A stretch of DNA of 64,000 nucleotides, taken from assembly GCA_965208575.1 (NCBI GenBank), contig CBDBOV010000005.1, positions 672,001 through 736,000 of the forward strand, read 5' to 3'. The notes beneath the pieces are model-generated. The model saw nothing but the letters and a program-made list of their open reading frames with translations. It was not told the DNA's origin and searched no databases. Below, piece after piece: positions 1 through 11,508 of the stretch. The number at the start of each line of letters is the position of its first letter. Position 1 is the first letter of the stretch. The stretch is from Spirochaetia bacterium (GTDB lineage Bacteria; Spirochaetota; Spirochaetia; SZUA-6; Bin103). Both the position numbers and the translations under genes were made by a program.

Positions 1-408
1 GTTGTCGGGGCTGACGACCTCCACTACCAGGTCCGCGCCGAGCCAGTAGCGGTCCTGAAAACGGTTGTCGTTGCGGTCCAGGAGGAGCAGGAGGTCGGGC
101 TCGCGGAACTTGCCGGCGCGGATGCGCATGCGGAGCGGGGCGACCACCACGACGACGCCGCGCGGCTTGAGGTAGGCACGGAGCAGGTCGTAGAGGAACA
201 GAAGGACGAGTTGATGGCTGGAGGTGGGCATCGGCAGTTCCTGGATGTAGCCATCGGTGAGTTCGATCAGACGGTTGCTGTGGTCGGTGAGCCAGAGGTA
301 GGCATCGTCGCTCCAGGCACCCTGCGGCGGCAGGATGTCGTTCAACAGGGACGTCAGTGCGTCCTGCGTGGTCGCCAGAGCTGGCGCCGGGTCGTTCATC
401 ACCGCCAT
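1..408 (-). CDS. Uma2 (DUF820) family PD-(D/E)XK endonuclease-like protein, 3' end runs off window
   Basis: Manual translation: MAVMNDPAP...LIELTDGYIQELPMPTSSHQ...FREPDLLLL...GADLVVEVVSPDN, with Uma2-type motifs (ELxDG, P..HQ, PDL, LVVEVxSP). GGAGG lies upstream of the ATG at 408. Confidence 0.85.
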   Translation of the reverse strand, partial: MAVMNDPAPALATTQDALTSLLNDILPPQGAWSDDAYLWLTDHSNRLIELTDGYIQELPMPTSSHQLVLLFLYDLLRAYLKPRGVVVVVAPLRMRIRAGKFREPDLLLLLDRNDNRFQDRYWLGADLVVEVVSPDN

Positions 409-483
409 GCTATCCTCCGGTGCCGCCGTTTGCCCGCGCGGCCGTGCCGTCATTATAGCGCGTGGTGGGGCTGTGCGTGTTGT

Positions 484-909
484 TCAGCGCAGCAGTTCTT
501 CGCCGCTGAAGAAGCAGCCGATCTCGCTGGCGGCGTTGGCGTCGGAGTCGGAGCCGTGGCAGCAGTTGCGCTCGATCGACTCCGCGAAGCGCCGGCGGAT
601 GGTGCCGGGCGCGGCATCCGCGGGGTCGGTCGCGCCCATCGCATCGCGCCAGGCCGGGACCGCGTCGTCGCCCTCCAGGACCATCGCCACCGTGGTGCCG
701 GACGTCATGAACGCCACCAGCGAGGCAAAGAACGGCCGTTCGCGGTGCACGGCATAGAACGCCTCCGCCTGGGCGCGGTTCAGGTTCACGCTCTTCATGG
801 CGACGATCGCGAGGCCGGCGTCGAGCGCGGCGTCGATCACCTTGCCGGTCAGGCGGCGGTCGAATGCATCCGGTTTGATCAAGGCGAGGGTTCTTGTCAG
901 GTTTGGCAC
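484..909 (-). CDS. ndk: Nucleoside diphosphate kinase
   Basis: RTLALIKPDA, FYAVHRERPFF, GATDP..A.PGTIR and catalytic NCCHGSDS motifs. Start uncertain (GTG 909 chosen). Confidence 0.95.
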   Translation of the reverse strand: MPNLTRTLALIKPDAFDRRLTGKVIDAALDAGLAIVAMKSVNLNRAQAEAFYAVHRERPFFASLVAFMTSGTTVAMVLEGDDAVPAWRDAMGATDPADAAPGTIRRRFAESIERNCCHGSDSDANAASEIGCFFSGEELLR

Positions 910-945
910 GCCCGCAATATAGTGTGGCAGGCAACGCTCGATCAA

Positions 946-990
946 CTACCGATATGTAGGACATTGCGCGAACGACCGACAATTTGGTAG
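946..990. promoter_or_regulatory. Tandem putative enhancer (UAS) sites upstream of the glnA sigma-54 promoter
   Basis: CTAC-CGATAT-GTAG (946-959) and CGAC-AATTTG-GTAG (977-990), 31 bp apart. A similar pair lies upstream of amtB. Confidence 0.6.
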
Positions 991-1031
991 AGGTCAGTGG
1001 CATCCGTGGCGGTAGAACGGCCCCGATGCGC

Positions 1032-1048
1032 TTGGCCCGGAAATTGCT
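1032..1048 (+). promoter_or_regulatory. Sigma-54 (-24/-12) promoter of glnA
   Basis: TTGGCCCGGAAATTGCT has exact GG-N10-GC spacing and lies ~50 nt upstream of the glnA start. Confidence 0.8.
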
Positions 1049-1100
1049 AGCTCAATCGTGACGCGGTCTATGTACGCGTCCATCACGAGGAGGAACACAT

Positions 1101-2522
1101 ATGGCACTCAAGACGCCCGGCGATGTAATGAAGCTGATCGCGGACGAAGGCGTGGAGGTGATCGACATTCGCTTCATGGACTTTCCCGGTCTGTGGCAGC
1201 ATTTTTCGATTCCGTCGCGCGAGCTCGCGGAGGATGACTTCGAGGCCGGATTGGGGTTTGACGGCTCCAGCATCCGCGGTTGGCAAACGATCAACGAGTC
1301 CGACATGCTGGTGAAGCCGGTGCCCGAGACCGGTTTCATCGATCCGTTCATGGCGCGCAAGACGCTGGTGATGATCGGCAACATCAACGACCCGATCACC
1401 GGCCAGGACTACACCCGCGATCCGCGCAACATCGCGCGCAAGGCGGAGGCGTACCTGCGCTCGTCCGGCATCGGAGACACCGCCTACTTCGGCCCGGAGG
1501 CGGAGTTCTTCATCTTCGACGACGTGCGTTTCGACCAGAACGAGCACGAGGGCTACTACCACATCGACTCCGAGGAGGGCCGCTGGAACGCGGGGCGGGT
1601 GGAGAATCCCAATCTCGGCTACAAGCCGCGCTACAAGGAGGGCTACTTCCCGGTTCCGCCGACCGACAGCCAGCAGGATCTGCGCAGCGAGATGATGATG
1701 ACGCTGGAGAGTATCGGCGTCCTGATCGAGGCGCAGCACCACGAGGTCGCCACCGCCGGCCAGGGCGAGATCGACATGCGCTTCGCCCCGCTGGTGACCA
1801 TGGCCGACAACATGCTCAAGTACAAGTACGTGGTGAAGAACACCGCGCGGCGCTACAACAAGACCGCCACCTTCATGCCCAAGCCGCTGTTCGAGGACAA
1901 TGGCAGCGGCATGCACACGCACATGTCGTTCTGGAAGGATGGCAGCAACCTGTTCGCCGGCGACGGCTACGCCGGGCTGTCCGAGATGGCGCTGCACGCC
2001 ATCGGGGGCCTTCTGACCCACGCGGCGGCGCTCATCGCCTTCACCAACCCGACCACCAACAGCTTCAAGCGGCTGGTGCCGGGCTTCGAAGCGCCGGTGA
2101 ACCTGGCGTACTCGCGGCGCAACCGCAGCGCCGCGATCCGGCTGCCGATGTACTCCACCTCGCCGAAGGCGAAGCGGATCGAGTTTCGCTGCCCGGATGC
2201 CTCCTCCAACCCCTATCTCGGGTTTTCCGCCATGCTGATGGCTGCCGTGGACGGCATCACCAACAAGATCCATCCCGGTGAGCCGCTCGACCGCGACCTG
2301 TATGACCTGCCGCCGGAGGAGCTTGCCAAGGTCAGGACCACGCCGGGCTCGCTGCGCGAAGCGCTCGACGCGCTGCGCGACGACCACGAGTTCCTGCTCA
2401 AGGGCGACGTGTTCACCGAGGACGTGCTCGAAACCTGGATCGACTACAAGATGGAGAACGAAGTGACCGCCATCGACCTGCGGCCCCATCCGTGGGAGTT
2501 CGCCATGTACTACGACATCTGA
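1101..2522 (+). CDS. glnA: Glutamine synthetase type I (adenylylatable GSI-beta type)
   Basis: [42 protein letters not shown] motifs. Adenylylation motif DLYDLP. GAGGAGG RBS. Confidence 0.98.
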   Translation: MALKTPGDVMKLIADEGVEVIDIRFMDFPGLWQHFSIPSRELAEDDFEAGLGFDGSSIRGWQTINESDMLVKPVPETGFIDPFMARKTLVMIGNINDPITGQDYTRDPRNIARKAEAYLRSSGIGDTAYFGPEAEFFIFDDVRFDQNEHEGYYHIDSEEGRWNAGRVENPNLGYKPRYKEGYFPVPPTDSQQDLRSEMMMTLESIGVLIEAQHHEVATAGQGEIDMRFAPLVTMADNMLKYKYVVKNTARRYNKTATFMPKPLFEDNGSGMHTHMSFWKDGSNLFAGDGYAGLSEMALHAIGGLLTHAAALIAFTNPTTNSFKRLVPGFEAPVNLAYSRRNRSAAIRLPMYSTSPKAKRIEFRCPDASSNPYLGFSAMLMAAVDGITNKIHPGEPLDRDLYDLPPEELAKVRTTPGSLREALDALRDDHEFLLKGDVFTEDVLETWIDYKMENEVTAIDLRPHPWEFAMYYDI

Positions 2523-2559
2523 GCGTTCCCTCCCCGGATCCGTTCCGGGAGTGATCCGG

Positions 2560-2594
2560 TCCCCGGCTGCCCGAGCGCGCCGGGGATTTTTTTT
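2560..2594 (+). terminator. Rho-independent terminator after glnA
   Basis: Stem TCCCCGGC/GCCGGGGA followed by a T8 run. Confidence 0.8.
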
Positions 2595-2653
2595 GGCTCC
2601 GCCCGCTCGCGCCGGATGCCGGCATGCGTGCTGACGTGTACACTGGATGTGCC

Positions 2654-5600
2654 ATGAAACCGCGGAGAGACGTGTTGGCGGAGCAACTTCCGGGGGTCGA
2701 CGAGGCGTTCATCGATGCGCACCTGGCGCGCCTCGGCGAGGACTACTACGCGGAGTTCACGCCGCCGGAGGTGGTACGCCACGTCCGGCAACTCAGCCGC
2801 CTGAGTGCGGAGCGGCCGGTTGCCGTTCTGGCCGAGGCGGCCGCCACGCGGCGCGCGCCGGGAGCGGAACGAGATGGACCGGCGGACGGCGCCGAGCGGG
2901 GTGACGGCCCTGGGCATGAGCCGGTGGAGTGCACCATTCTGGCCGCGGACCATCCCGGCCTGTTCTCGCTGATCACGGGAGTGCTCGCCGCGGGCGGGTT
3001 CGCCATCGACTCGGGGGCGGCGTACACGTACGCCCGCGCCGCCGGCCCTGTCACCGGCGCCCCGCGGATGCCGCGCCGCGCCGTCGCCGCTCGCGGCGTG
3101 CGGCGCGGACGCCCGTTGCGCCGCACGCCGGCGACGCGCGCCATGATCGTCAACCGGTTCGTCGGCCGGCGCGTTACCGCCGGCGCCAGCGGCCAGAGCG
3201 TGGCAGCGTGGCGGCAGCAGACCGAGGGCCGCCTGGCCGAGGCGCTGGCCGACGTGGAGCGCGGCGCCCCCGAGGACGCCCGCCGGCGGGTCAGCGAACT
3301 GGTGGCAGATGTCATCCGCTCGCAATGGCAGGAGCCGCCGGTTCTGCATCCGGTGCGGATCGATATTGCCAACCAGGCGGCGACCTCCGCCACCCGGATG
3401 CGAATCGTCGCCGAGGACACTCCCCTGTTCCTGTACAGTCTCAGCTCGGCGCTGGCGCTGCACGGCGTGGTGATTCAGCGCGTGCGCATTCGCACCGAAG
3501 CCGGCCGCGTCGAGGACGTGATCGACGTGGTGGACCAGGCGGGCAGCCCGATCGGCGATCCCGAACTGCTCGACCAGCTCAAGCTGTCGGTCCTCCTCAC
3601 CAAGCAGTTCGCCTACTTCATCGGCGTCGCACCCGACCCCTATGCGGCCCTGCGCCGCTTCGAGCAGCTTGCCGATACGATCGCCGACGTGCCCGCCGAA
3701 GGGCAGCTTGCCGGCCTGCTCGCCGATCCGCGCGTCATGGGCGACCTGGCACGGCTGCTCGGCAGCAGCGAGTTTCTGTGGGAGGACTTCATCCGCCGCC
3801 AGTACGAGACCCTGCTGCCGATGCTGACCGGCCAGCGGCGTGCCGCCGGGCGTGACGATGCGACCGTGGCGCAGCGGCTGGAGAGCGCCGTTGCCGCCGC
3901 GTCCACCGCGGACGACCAGGTGGCGGCCCTCAACGCGTTCAAGGACCGCGAGGCGTTTCTCATCGACCTGGACCACATTCTCGATCCGGATGCGAGCGTC
4001 GCGCGGCTCGCGGGGCGGTTGACCCGGTTGGCGGAGTGCGTCGTGGAGAGCGCCCTGCGGCTGGCCGAGGAGGAACTGCGACCGCGCTTCGGCACCGCGC
4101 GTACGCTCGGCGGCATCGCGACCCGCCCCGCGGTGCTGGGATTGGGCAAGCTGGGCGGCGGCGCGCTCGGCTACGCCTCCGACATCGAGCTGATGTTCGT
4201 GTTCAGCGACCACGGCTATACCACCGGGCCGGAGCAGATCGGCAACGCCGACTACTACGAGCGGCTGGTGCAGGCCACCGTGCAGCGGATCGGCGCCAAG
4301 CGCGAAGGGATCTTCGAGGTCGACCTGCGGCTGCGCCCCTACGGTGCCGCCGGACCGCGCGCCGTGAGCCTGGAGAGCTTCGCCGACTACTACGGACCCG
4401 GCGGGGCGGCGCTGGCGTACGAGCGGCTGGCGCTGATCCGGCTGCGTGCCGTTGCCGGCGACCGCATCCTGGGCGCGCGCATGGAGCGGCTGCGCGACGA
4501 ACTGGTGTACCGCGCCGGTGCCATCCCGCTCGACGAGGTGCACGAGATGCGCCGCCGGCAGGTGGCCGAGCACGGCTCGGGCGAACGCCTGAACGCCAAG
4601 TTCAGTCCGGGCGCGCTGGTGGACGTCGAGTACGCCGTGCAGATGCTGCAGGTGCGCTACGGCCCGGAGCATGCCGTGCTGCGCACATCGAGCGTGCATC
4701 GTGCGCTGCGGGCGTTGGCGGAGGAGGGGATTCTGGCGGCTGCGGAGGCGGAGCAGGTGCGCGGCGCGTACGACTTCTACCGGCGCCTCATCAACGCGCT
4801 GCGCATGTGGCGCGGCTCCGCGCGCGACCTGCATCTGCCGCCGGCCGGGTCCGCCGAGAGCGGCCATCTCGCGCGCCGCATGGGCTACCGCGACAGCGGC
4901 GAACGCAGCGCGCCGCAACACCTGTACCTGGAGCTGGAGCAGCGCCGTGCCGAGGTGCGGCGCTTCATCGACACCCATCTCGGGCACGGCATCCTGGGCG
5001 CCGGCAGCGTCAGCGGCATCGGCGACCTGGCCTTGATCCTGGCCGCGGCGGGCGAGCCGCCGCCGGAGGCCGCGCCGATCTTCCGCCGCCTCGGTTTCGC
5101 GCACCCGGAGCGCGCCGTCGCCAACCTCGCGCGGTTGGTGCGGCATGCTCCGGACGCCACCGAGTTCGCCCGCCTGGCGGTGCTGGCGGCCGATCAACTG
5201 GCGGTGCAGTCCGACCCCGACCGCGCGCTGAACAACTGGGAACGCTACGTTGCCGCCCTCGGCAACCCCGAGCACCACTTCCAGTTGATGCTGCTGCAGC
5301 CGATGCGGCTGGACCTGCTGGTACGGATCTTCGCCACCAGCCAGTTCCTGGCCGACGCGCTCGTGCGCCGCCCCGACCTGTTCGACTGGGTCACCGAGCC
5401 ACGGCGGCTGCATCGCCGGCGGCGCATCGAGGACGTGGTGGGCGACCTCGACTTCGGCTCCGACTGGCTGGCCCGGATCGATGCCGTGCGCCGCCGCGAG
5501 ATCCTGCGCATTGCGATCCGCGACTACTGCCTCGCCGCGCCGGCCACCGACGTCATGCACGAACTCTCGGTGGTGGCGGAGGCGCTGATCAGCGCCGCGG

Positions 5601-6550
5601 TAGACAAGCTGACCGCCGACCAGCCGGCGGTACGCACCCGCGCCTGCGTGCTGGCGTTCGGCAAACTGGGCGGCGAGGAACTCAATTACAGCTCCGACAT
5701 CGACCTGGTGGCGTTGTACGACGATCGCGACTTGCCGGACGCGCAGCGCGGCGCGGTGGCGCAGGCGGTCGGGGATCTGGCTCGCTCGCTGGACCGGGTG
5801 CTGGCGGCGCGCGCGGACGAGATGGCCGCCTACCGCGTGGACTGGCGCCTGCGCCCCTACGGCGGGTCCGGCGAACTGGCGCACTCGTTCAGCTCGCTGG
5901 CCGCGTACTACGCCGGTCCCGCCAACGACTGGGAGGTGCAGGCGCTGTTGCGCATGCGCCCGGTGGCGGGCAATCGTGCCGCCGGCGAGGCGCTGCTGGC
6001 GGAAGCGCGTGGTGCATTCGCGCGCTTCGGCGACGACGCGTCGACGCGCGGTGCGCGCGCCTTCGCCACCATCGAACGGCTGCGCGACCTGGCGGTGGCG
6101 GAGCACGGCCAGAGCCGGCTGCGGCGCGGACAGGACATCAAGTCGGGCGTCGGCGGTATCCGCGACATCGAATTCCTGGTGCAGGGGCTGCAGTTGCAGC
6201 ACTTGCCGGCGCACCCGGAGCTGGTGTGCGGCAACACGGTAACCGCGCTCCACCGCTTGCAGCGGGTTGGGGTGCTCGGCTCCGACAGCGCGGACCTGCT
6301 GCGCGAGGACTACCTCTTTCTGCGCAACCTGGAGCACTTCCTGCAGGTGTTCGAGGATCGCCAGGTGCACGTGCTGCCGAGCGCTCCCGACTCGCTCGCC
6401 ACCCTCGCGCGGCGCATGCTCGGCGCCGGCGCCACCGCCGAGCAGTTCCAGAGTCTGCTCGCGACCGTGACCGCGCGCGTGCGGGCCGCCTACCTGCGCG
6501 TGGTGACCGAGGCAAAAGAACAGGCGGCCCGCCAATCCCCCGCCTGCTGA
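2654..6550 (+). CDS. glnE: Glutamine synthetase adenylyltransferase/removase (GlnE) with N-terminal GlnD-like ACT domains
   Basis: Two nucleotidyltransferase signatures (GKLGGGALGYASDIE; GKLGGEELNYSSDID), each with a D.RLRPYG motif. The N-terminal ~330 aa carry ACT-like motifs (ADHPGLFSLITGVL; EDTPLFLYSLSSAL...RIRTEAGRVEDVIDV). Confidence 0.9.
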   Translation: MKPRRDVLAEQLPGVDEAFIDAHLARLGEDYYAEFTPPEVVRHVRQLSRLSAERPVAVLAEAAATRRAPGAERDGPADGAERGDGPGHEPVECTILAADHPGLFSLITGVLAAGGFAIDSGAAYTYARAAGPVTGAPRMPRRAVAARGVRRGRPLRRTPATRAMIVNRFVGRRVTAGASGQSVAAWRQQTEGRLAEALADVERGAPEDARRRVSELVADVIRSQWQEPPVLHPVRIDIANQAATSATRMRIVAEDTPLFLYSLSSALALHGVVIQRVRIRTEAGRVEDVIDVVDQAGSPIGDPELLDQLKLSVLLTKQFAYFIGVAPDPYAALRRFEQLADTIADVPAEGQLAGLLADPRVMGDLARLLGSSEFLWEDFIRRQYETLLPMLTGQRRAAGRDDATVAQRLESAVAAASTADDQVAALNAFKDREAFLIDLDHILDPDASVARLAGRLTRLAECVVESALRLAEEELRPRFGTARTLGGIATRPAVLGLGKLGGGALGYASDIELMFVFSDHGYTTGPEQIGNADYYERLVQATVQRIGAKREGIFEVDLRLRPYGAAGPRAVSLESFADYYGPGGAALAYERLALIRLRAVAGDRILGARMERLRDELVYRAGAIPLDEVHEMRRRQVAEHGSGERLNAKFSPGALVDVEYAVQMLQVRYGPEHAVLRTSSVHRALRALAEEGILAAAEAEQVRGAYDFYRRLINALRMWRGSARDLHLPPAGSAESGHLARRMGYRDSGERSAPQHLYLELEQRRAEVRRFIDTHLGHGILGAGSVSGIGDLALILAAAGEPPPEAAPIFRRLGFAHPERAVANLARLVRHAPDATEFARLAVLAADQLAVQSDPDRALNNWERYVAALGNPEHHFQLMLLQPMRLDLLVRIFATSQFLADALVRRPDLFDWVTEPRRLHRRRRIEDVVGDLDFGSDWLARIDAVRRREILRIAIRDYCLAAPATDVMHELSVVAEALISAAVDKLTADQPAVRTRACVLAFGKLGGEELNYSSDIDLVALYDDRDLPDAQRGAVAQAVGDLARSLDRVLAARADEMAAYRVDWRLRPYGGSGELAHSFSSLAAYYAGPANDWEVQALLRMRPVAGNRAAGEALLAEARGAFARFGDDASTRGARAFATIERLRDLAVAEHGQSRLRRGQDIKSGVGGIRDIEFLVQGLQLQHLPAHPELVCGNTVTALHRLQRVGVLGSDSADLLREDYLFLRNLEHFLQVFEDRQVHVLPSAPDSLATLARRMLGAGATAEQFQSLLATVTARVRAAYLRVVTEAKEQAARQSPAC

Positions 6551-6596
6551 CCTGCCGGCGGGTTGGCGGACCGCTGTCGGGCGGCCGGGGACCGGG

Positions 6597-6938
6597 TCAG
6601 CCGATGGCCACCTTGCCCACCTCGCCCGAACGGATGCGTATGCACTGGTTGAGTTCGACCACGAAGATCTTGCCGTCGCCGATCTCACCGGTGCGCGCGC
6701 CGCGCACCACCGCGTCGATCGCGCGCTCCAGGAATTCGTCGTTGACGGCAATCTCCATGCGCACCTTCTTGAGCAGATTCACTTCGATCTGGACGCCGCG
6801 ATAGGTCTCGGTGTAGCCCATCTGCTGCCCGCATCCGAGCGCGTTGGTCACCGACATCTTGCCGACATCCTCCTTGAACAGCTCCTGCTTCACGTCATTC
6901 AGCTTGTGCGGCTGAATGTAGGCGATTATCAGTTTCAT
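6597..6938 (-). CDS. glnK: P-II nitrogen regulatory protein (C-terminal domain of the fusion; possibly also made independently)
   Basis: [13 protein letters not shown]...GCGQQ...YRG...[12 protein letters not shown]...IRIRSGE. AGGAG lies 7 nt before the ATG at 6938. Confidence 0.85.
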   Translation of the reverse strand: MKLIIAYIQPHKLNDVKQELFKEDVGKMSVTNALGCGQQMGYTETYRGVQIEVNLLKKVRMEIAVNDEFLERAIDAVVRGARTGEIGDGKIFVVELNQCIRIRSGEVGKVAIG

Positions 6939-8297
6939 CGTTCCGCTCCTATAGCGTGTCGTGTACACCTCGAAGTCGGTGTACGCCTCGGCGCCATGCT
7001 CTTCGAGATCCAGTCCGCGCAGCTCCTGGTCGCGGCTCACGCGCAGGCCGACGGTGGCCTTGATCACGCTGAATAGTACCAGAGAGGTGACGAATGTCCA
7101 CGCGAACACGGCCAGCACGCCGACAATCTGGATGCCGAGCTGGCCGAAGCCGCCACCGAAGAACAGCCCGTTGGTGCCGCCGAATTGCTCCTGGGCGAAC
7201 AACCCCACCGCCAGCGTGCCCCACGCACCGACCACGCCGTGCGCGGAGATGGCGCCCACCGGATCGTCGACCATGAGCACGCGGTCGATGAACTGCGCCG
7301 CCAGCACCACCAGCACGCCGCCGAGGAAGCCGATCACGACCGCGCTGCCCGGCGAAACGTTGGCGCAACCCGCCGTGATGGCGACCAGGCCGGCGATTGC
7401 GCCGTTGAGGGCAAACGTGGGATCGGGCTTGCCGGAAATGATCCAGGCCAGCACCAGCGCGCCCACCACGCCGGCGGCCGCTGCCAGGTTGGTGGTGACC
7501 GCGATGGCCGCGATCGACAGGTCGGTGCCCGCGACCGTGCTGCCGGCGTTGAAGCCGAACCAGCCGAACCACAGCAGGAACACGCCCAGTGCCGCCAGCG
7601 GCAGGTTGTGGCCCTGGATGGCGTTCACGATCACGGTTCCCTTGCCGTGGGTCCCGTTGCCGTTGCGCACGTACTTGCCTTCGCGCGCGCCGAGCACGAT
7701 CGCGCCCGCCAGCCCGGCCCAGCCGCCGACCGAGTGCACCACCGTGGAGCCCGCGAAGTCGATCATGCCCAGGTTGCCGAGCCAGCCGCCGCCCCAGATC
7801 CAGTGCCCGACCACCGGGTAGATCAGCGCGGTGATGAACACCGAGTATACGAGGTAGGCCTTGAACTGGGTGCGCTCGGCGACCGCACCGGAGACGATGG
7901 TGGCCGCGGTAGCCGCGAATACCACCTGGAAGATCCAGAACGTGAAGTCCGAAATCCCCTCCGAAACGTCCACCACGGCGCCGCCGAGGAAGAACTTGTC
8001 GGTGCCGATCAGGCCGGCGGCGTCGGCGCCGAACATGATGCCGAAGCCGACCGCCCAGAACGCCAGCGAACCGAGCGAGAAGTCCATCAGGTTCTTCATC
8101 ATGATGTTGGCCGCGTTCTTGGCCCTGGTGAAGCCGGTCTCCAGCATGGCGAAGCCGGCCTGCATCAGGAACACCAGCACCGCGGCCACCAGCGTCCACA
8201 CGGTGTCGATCGCTACCGCGTTGGCGACCGAGTCGGCGAAGGCGGATACGGAGCCGAGCACCAGGAGCGCGCCGGCTATGACGAACAGTCGTCTCAT
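6597..8297 (-). CDS. amtB: Ammonium transporter AmtB fused in frame to a C-terminal P-II protein
   Basis: [31 protein letters not shown] and [11 protein letters not shown] motifs. No stop before the PII domain. AAGGAGG RBS before ATG 8297. Confidence 0.9.
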   Translation of the reverse strand: MRRLFVIAGALLVLGSVSAFADSVANAVAIDTVWTLVAAVLVFLMQAGFAMLETGFTRAKNAANIMMKNLMDFSLGSLAFWAVGFGIMFGADAAGLIGTDKFFLGGAVVDVSEGISDFTFWIFQVVFAATAATIVSGAVAERTQFKAYLVYSVFITALIYPVVGHWIWGGGWLGNLGMIDFAGSTVVHSVGGWAGLAGAIVLGAREGKYVRNGNGTHGKGTVIVNAIQGHNLPLAALGVFLLWFGWFGFNAGSTVAGTDLSIAAIAVTTNLAAAAGVVGALVLAWIISGKPDPTFALNGAIAGLVAITAGCANVSPGSAVVIGFLGGVLVVLAAQFIDRVLMVDDPVGAISAHGVVGAWGTLAVGLFAQEQFGGTNGLFFGGGFGQLGIQIVGVLAVFAWTFVTSLVLFSVIKATVGLRVSRDQELRGLDLEEHGAEAYTDFEVYTTRYRSGTMKLIIAYIQPHKLNDVKQELFKEDVGKMSVTNALGCGQQMGYTETYRGVQIEVNLLKKVRMEIAVNDEFLERAIDAVVRGARTGEIGDGKIFVVELNQCIRIRSGEVGKVAIG

Positions 8298-8343
8298 GTT
8301 GTCAGGTCCTCCTTGAAAGGAACAGTTGTGATGCCGTCCACCA

Positions 8344-8360
8344 AGCAACATCCGTGCCAA
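8344..8360 (-). promoter_or_regulatory. Sigma-54 (-24/-12) promoter of amtB-glnK
   Basis: Minus strand reads TTGGCACGGATGTTGCT, a near-perfect TGGCAC-N5-TTGC consensus. Confidence 0.9.
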
Positions 8361-8415
8361 ATGGAGTGCCAGCGTGCCCGGAGCGACCTGACATCGAACC
8401 TCGCGGACTGTTTGC

Positions 8416-8459
8416 CTACGTTTTGGTGGGAATGAAGAGTGGTCCCTACAAAGATGTCA
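8416..8459. promoter_or_regulatory. Tandem putative enhancer (UAS) sites upstream of the amtB sigma-54 promoter
   Basis: CTAC-GTTTTG-GTGG (8416-8429) and CTAC-AAAGAT-GTCA (8446-8459), 30 bp apart. They match the pair upstream of glnA. Confidence 0.6.
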
Positions 8460-8480
8460 GCGCCGACGCTCTGCGGGCGA

Positions 8481-10034
<1,554 letters not shown>

Positions 10035-10168
10035 GGACGCCACCGAAGCGTAGCTTGAACGCGGTTGGTTGCCAACCCGGCGCCGGTGCATGCTGGTGTA
10101 TGCGGGCGGCCCCGGACGCGTTGGCGATCCGTTGACACTGCGGCTCGGCTCGGCAAACAGTGGCGGCG

Positions 10169-11488
10169 ATGAATCCCAGCAATCCCAGCAATCCCATTGC
10201 CGAGCAACTCAATCGGAAGCTCGCTGACACTCCCATCCTCGATCTGCTGTCCGACTTCGGACGCCGGCTCTATTTCCCGCGCGGGGTGGTGGCGCAGACT
10301 GCCGAGGCGGCGCGCGACGCGCACCGGTTCAATGCCACGGTAGGCATGGCGACCGACGGCAGCGAGCCGTTGTACCTCGCCTCCATTCGCCGCCTGATAC
10401 CGGACCTCTCGCCGGAGGAGATTTTCGCCTATGCCCCCACCGGCGGGCTCCCTGAGCTGCGCCGCCGGTGGCGTGACGAGATCGCCGCCAAGAACCCCGG
10501 CCTGCGCGGTCCGGCATCGCTGCCGATGGTGACCAGCGGCCTGACCCACGGCATCACGGTCGCCGCCGACCTGTTCGTGGAGCGCGGCGACCTGGTGATC
10601 GTGCCCGACCTGTTCTGGGGCAACTATCGGCTCATCGTGGAGGAACGCCGCCAGGCACGCCTCGCCACGGTACCGTTCTACGGTGCGAACGACAGCCTCG
10701 GCGTGGACGCGCTGGCCGGCGCCGTGGGCGAGATTCCGGCCGGCGGCAAGGCGGTGCTGGTGCTGAACTTTCCGAACAATCCAACCGGCTACACCCCCAC
10801 GACGGCGGAGATGGCCGCCCTCGCCGACCTGCTGCGCGCGGCCGCATCGCGCGGCGTCAACCTGGTGGTGATCTGCGACGACGCCTACTTCGGCCTGTTC
10901 TTCGAATCGGAGAGTTGCCGCGAGTCCCTGTTCGCGTACCTCGCGGATGCCGACGAGCGCCTGCTCGCCGTCAAGGTGGACGGCGCCACCAAGGAAAACT
11001 ACGTGTGGGGCTTTCGCATCGGCTTTCTCACGTTCGCCGCCCGCGGCCTGACCGACGGCCACTTCGCGGCGCTGGAACAGAAGGTGATGGGGGCGGTGCG
11101 GTCGTCGGTGTCGAGTTCGAGCATGCTCGCCCAGAGCCTGCTGCTGCGGGCGATGCGCACCGGCAGCTATCACGCCGAGCAGCAGGCCAACCTGGCCGCC
11201 ATCGCGGAGCGTTACCGCCGGGTGCGCGCCATTGTCGGCGCCCGCGCCGGCGACGGCGGGCCGGTGCAGCCGCTGCCGTTCAATTCGGGCTACTTCCTGA
11301 CCCTGCGGGTGGCGGGCGGCAAGGCGGAAGTGTTGCGTCAGGAGTTGCTGCGCCGCCGCGGGGTGGGCACCATTTCCGTGGGCGACGACTACCTGCGGGT
11401 GGCGTTCTCGACCGTGGCGAGTGCCGACCTGGAGGCCCTGTTCGAGGAGATCTACTCCGTTGCCCGGGAGGTGGCGGGCGGCTCCTGA
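10169..11488 (+). CDS. PLP-dependent aminotransferase class I/II
   Basis: NFPNNPTGY, DDAY, and DGATKE..WGFRIGF (PLP lysine). Confidence 0.88.
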   Translation: MNPSNPSNPIAEQLNRKLADTPILDLLSDFGRRLYFPRGVVAQTAEAARDAHRFNATVGMATDGSEPLYLASIRRLIPDLSPEEIFAYAPTGGLPELRRRWRDEIAAKNPGLRGPASLPMVTSGLTHGITVAADLFVERGDLVIVPDLFWGNYRLIVEERRQARLATVPFYGANDSLGVDALAGAVGEIPAGGKAVLVLNFPNNPTGYTPTTAEMAALADLLRAAASRGVNLVVICDDAYFGLFFESESCRESLFAYLADADERLLAVKVDGATKENYVWGFRIGFLTFAARGLTDGHFAALEQKVMGAVRSSVSSSSMLAQSLLLRAMRTGSYHAEQQANLAAIAERYRRVRAIVGARAGDGGPVQPLPFNSGYFLTLRVAGGKAEVLRQELLRRRGVGTISVGDDYLRVAFSTVASADLEALFEEIYSVAREVAGGS

Positions 11489-11508
11489 CCAGCCGCGGCG
11501 TGTTGTGG

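Noticed and set aside
902-918. TTGGCACG, a perfect sigma-54 -24 element upstream of glnA
   Set aside because: No GC at the -12 position (GG-N10-AT), and it overlaps the ndk start. The site at 1032-1048 fits properly.
2510-6751. 1413-aa minus-strand ORF
   Set aside because: Antisense shadow of glnE in high-GC DNA, with no recognisable motifs.
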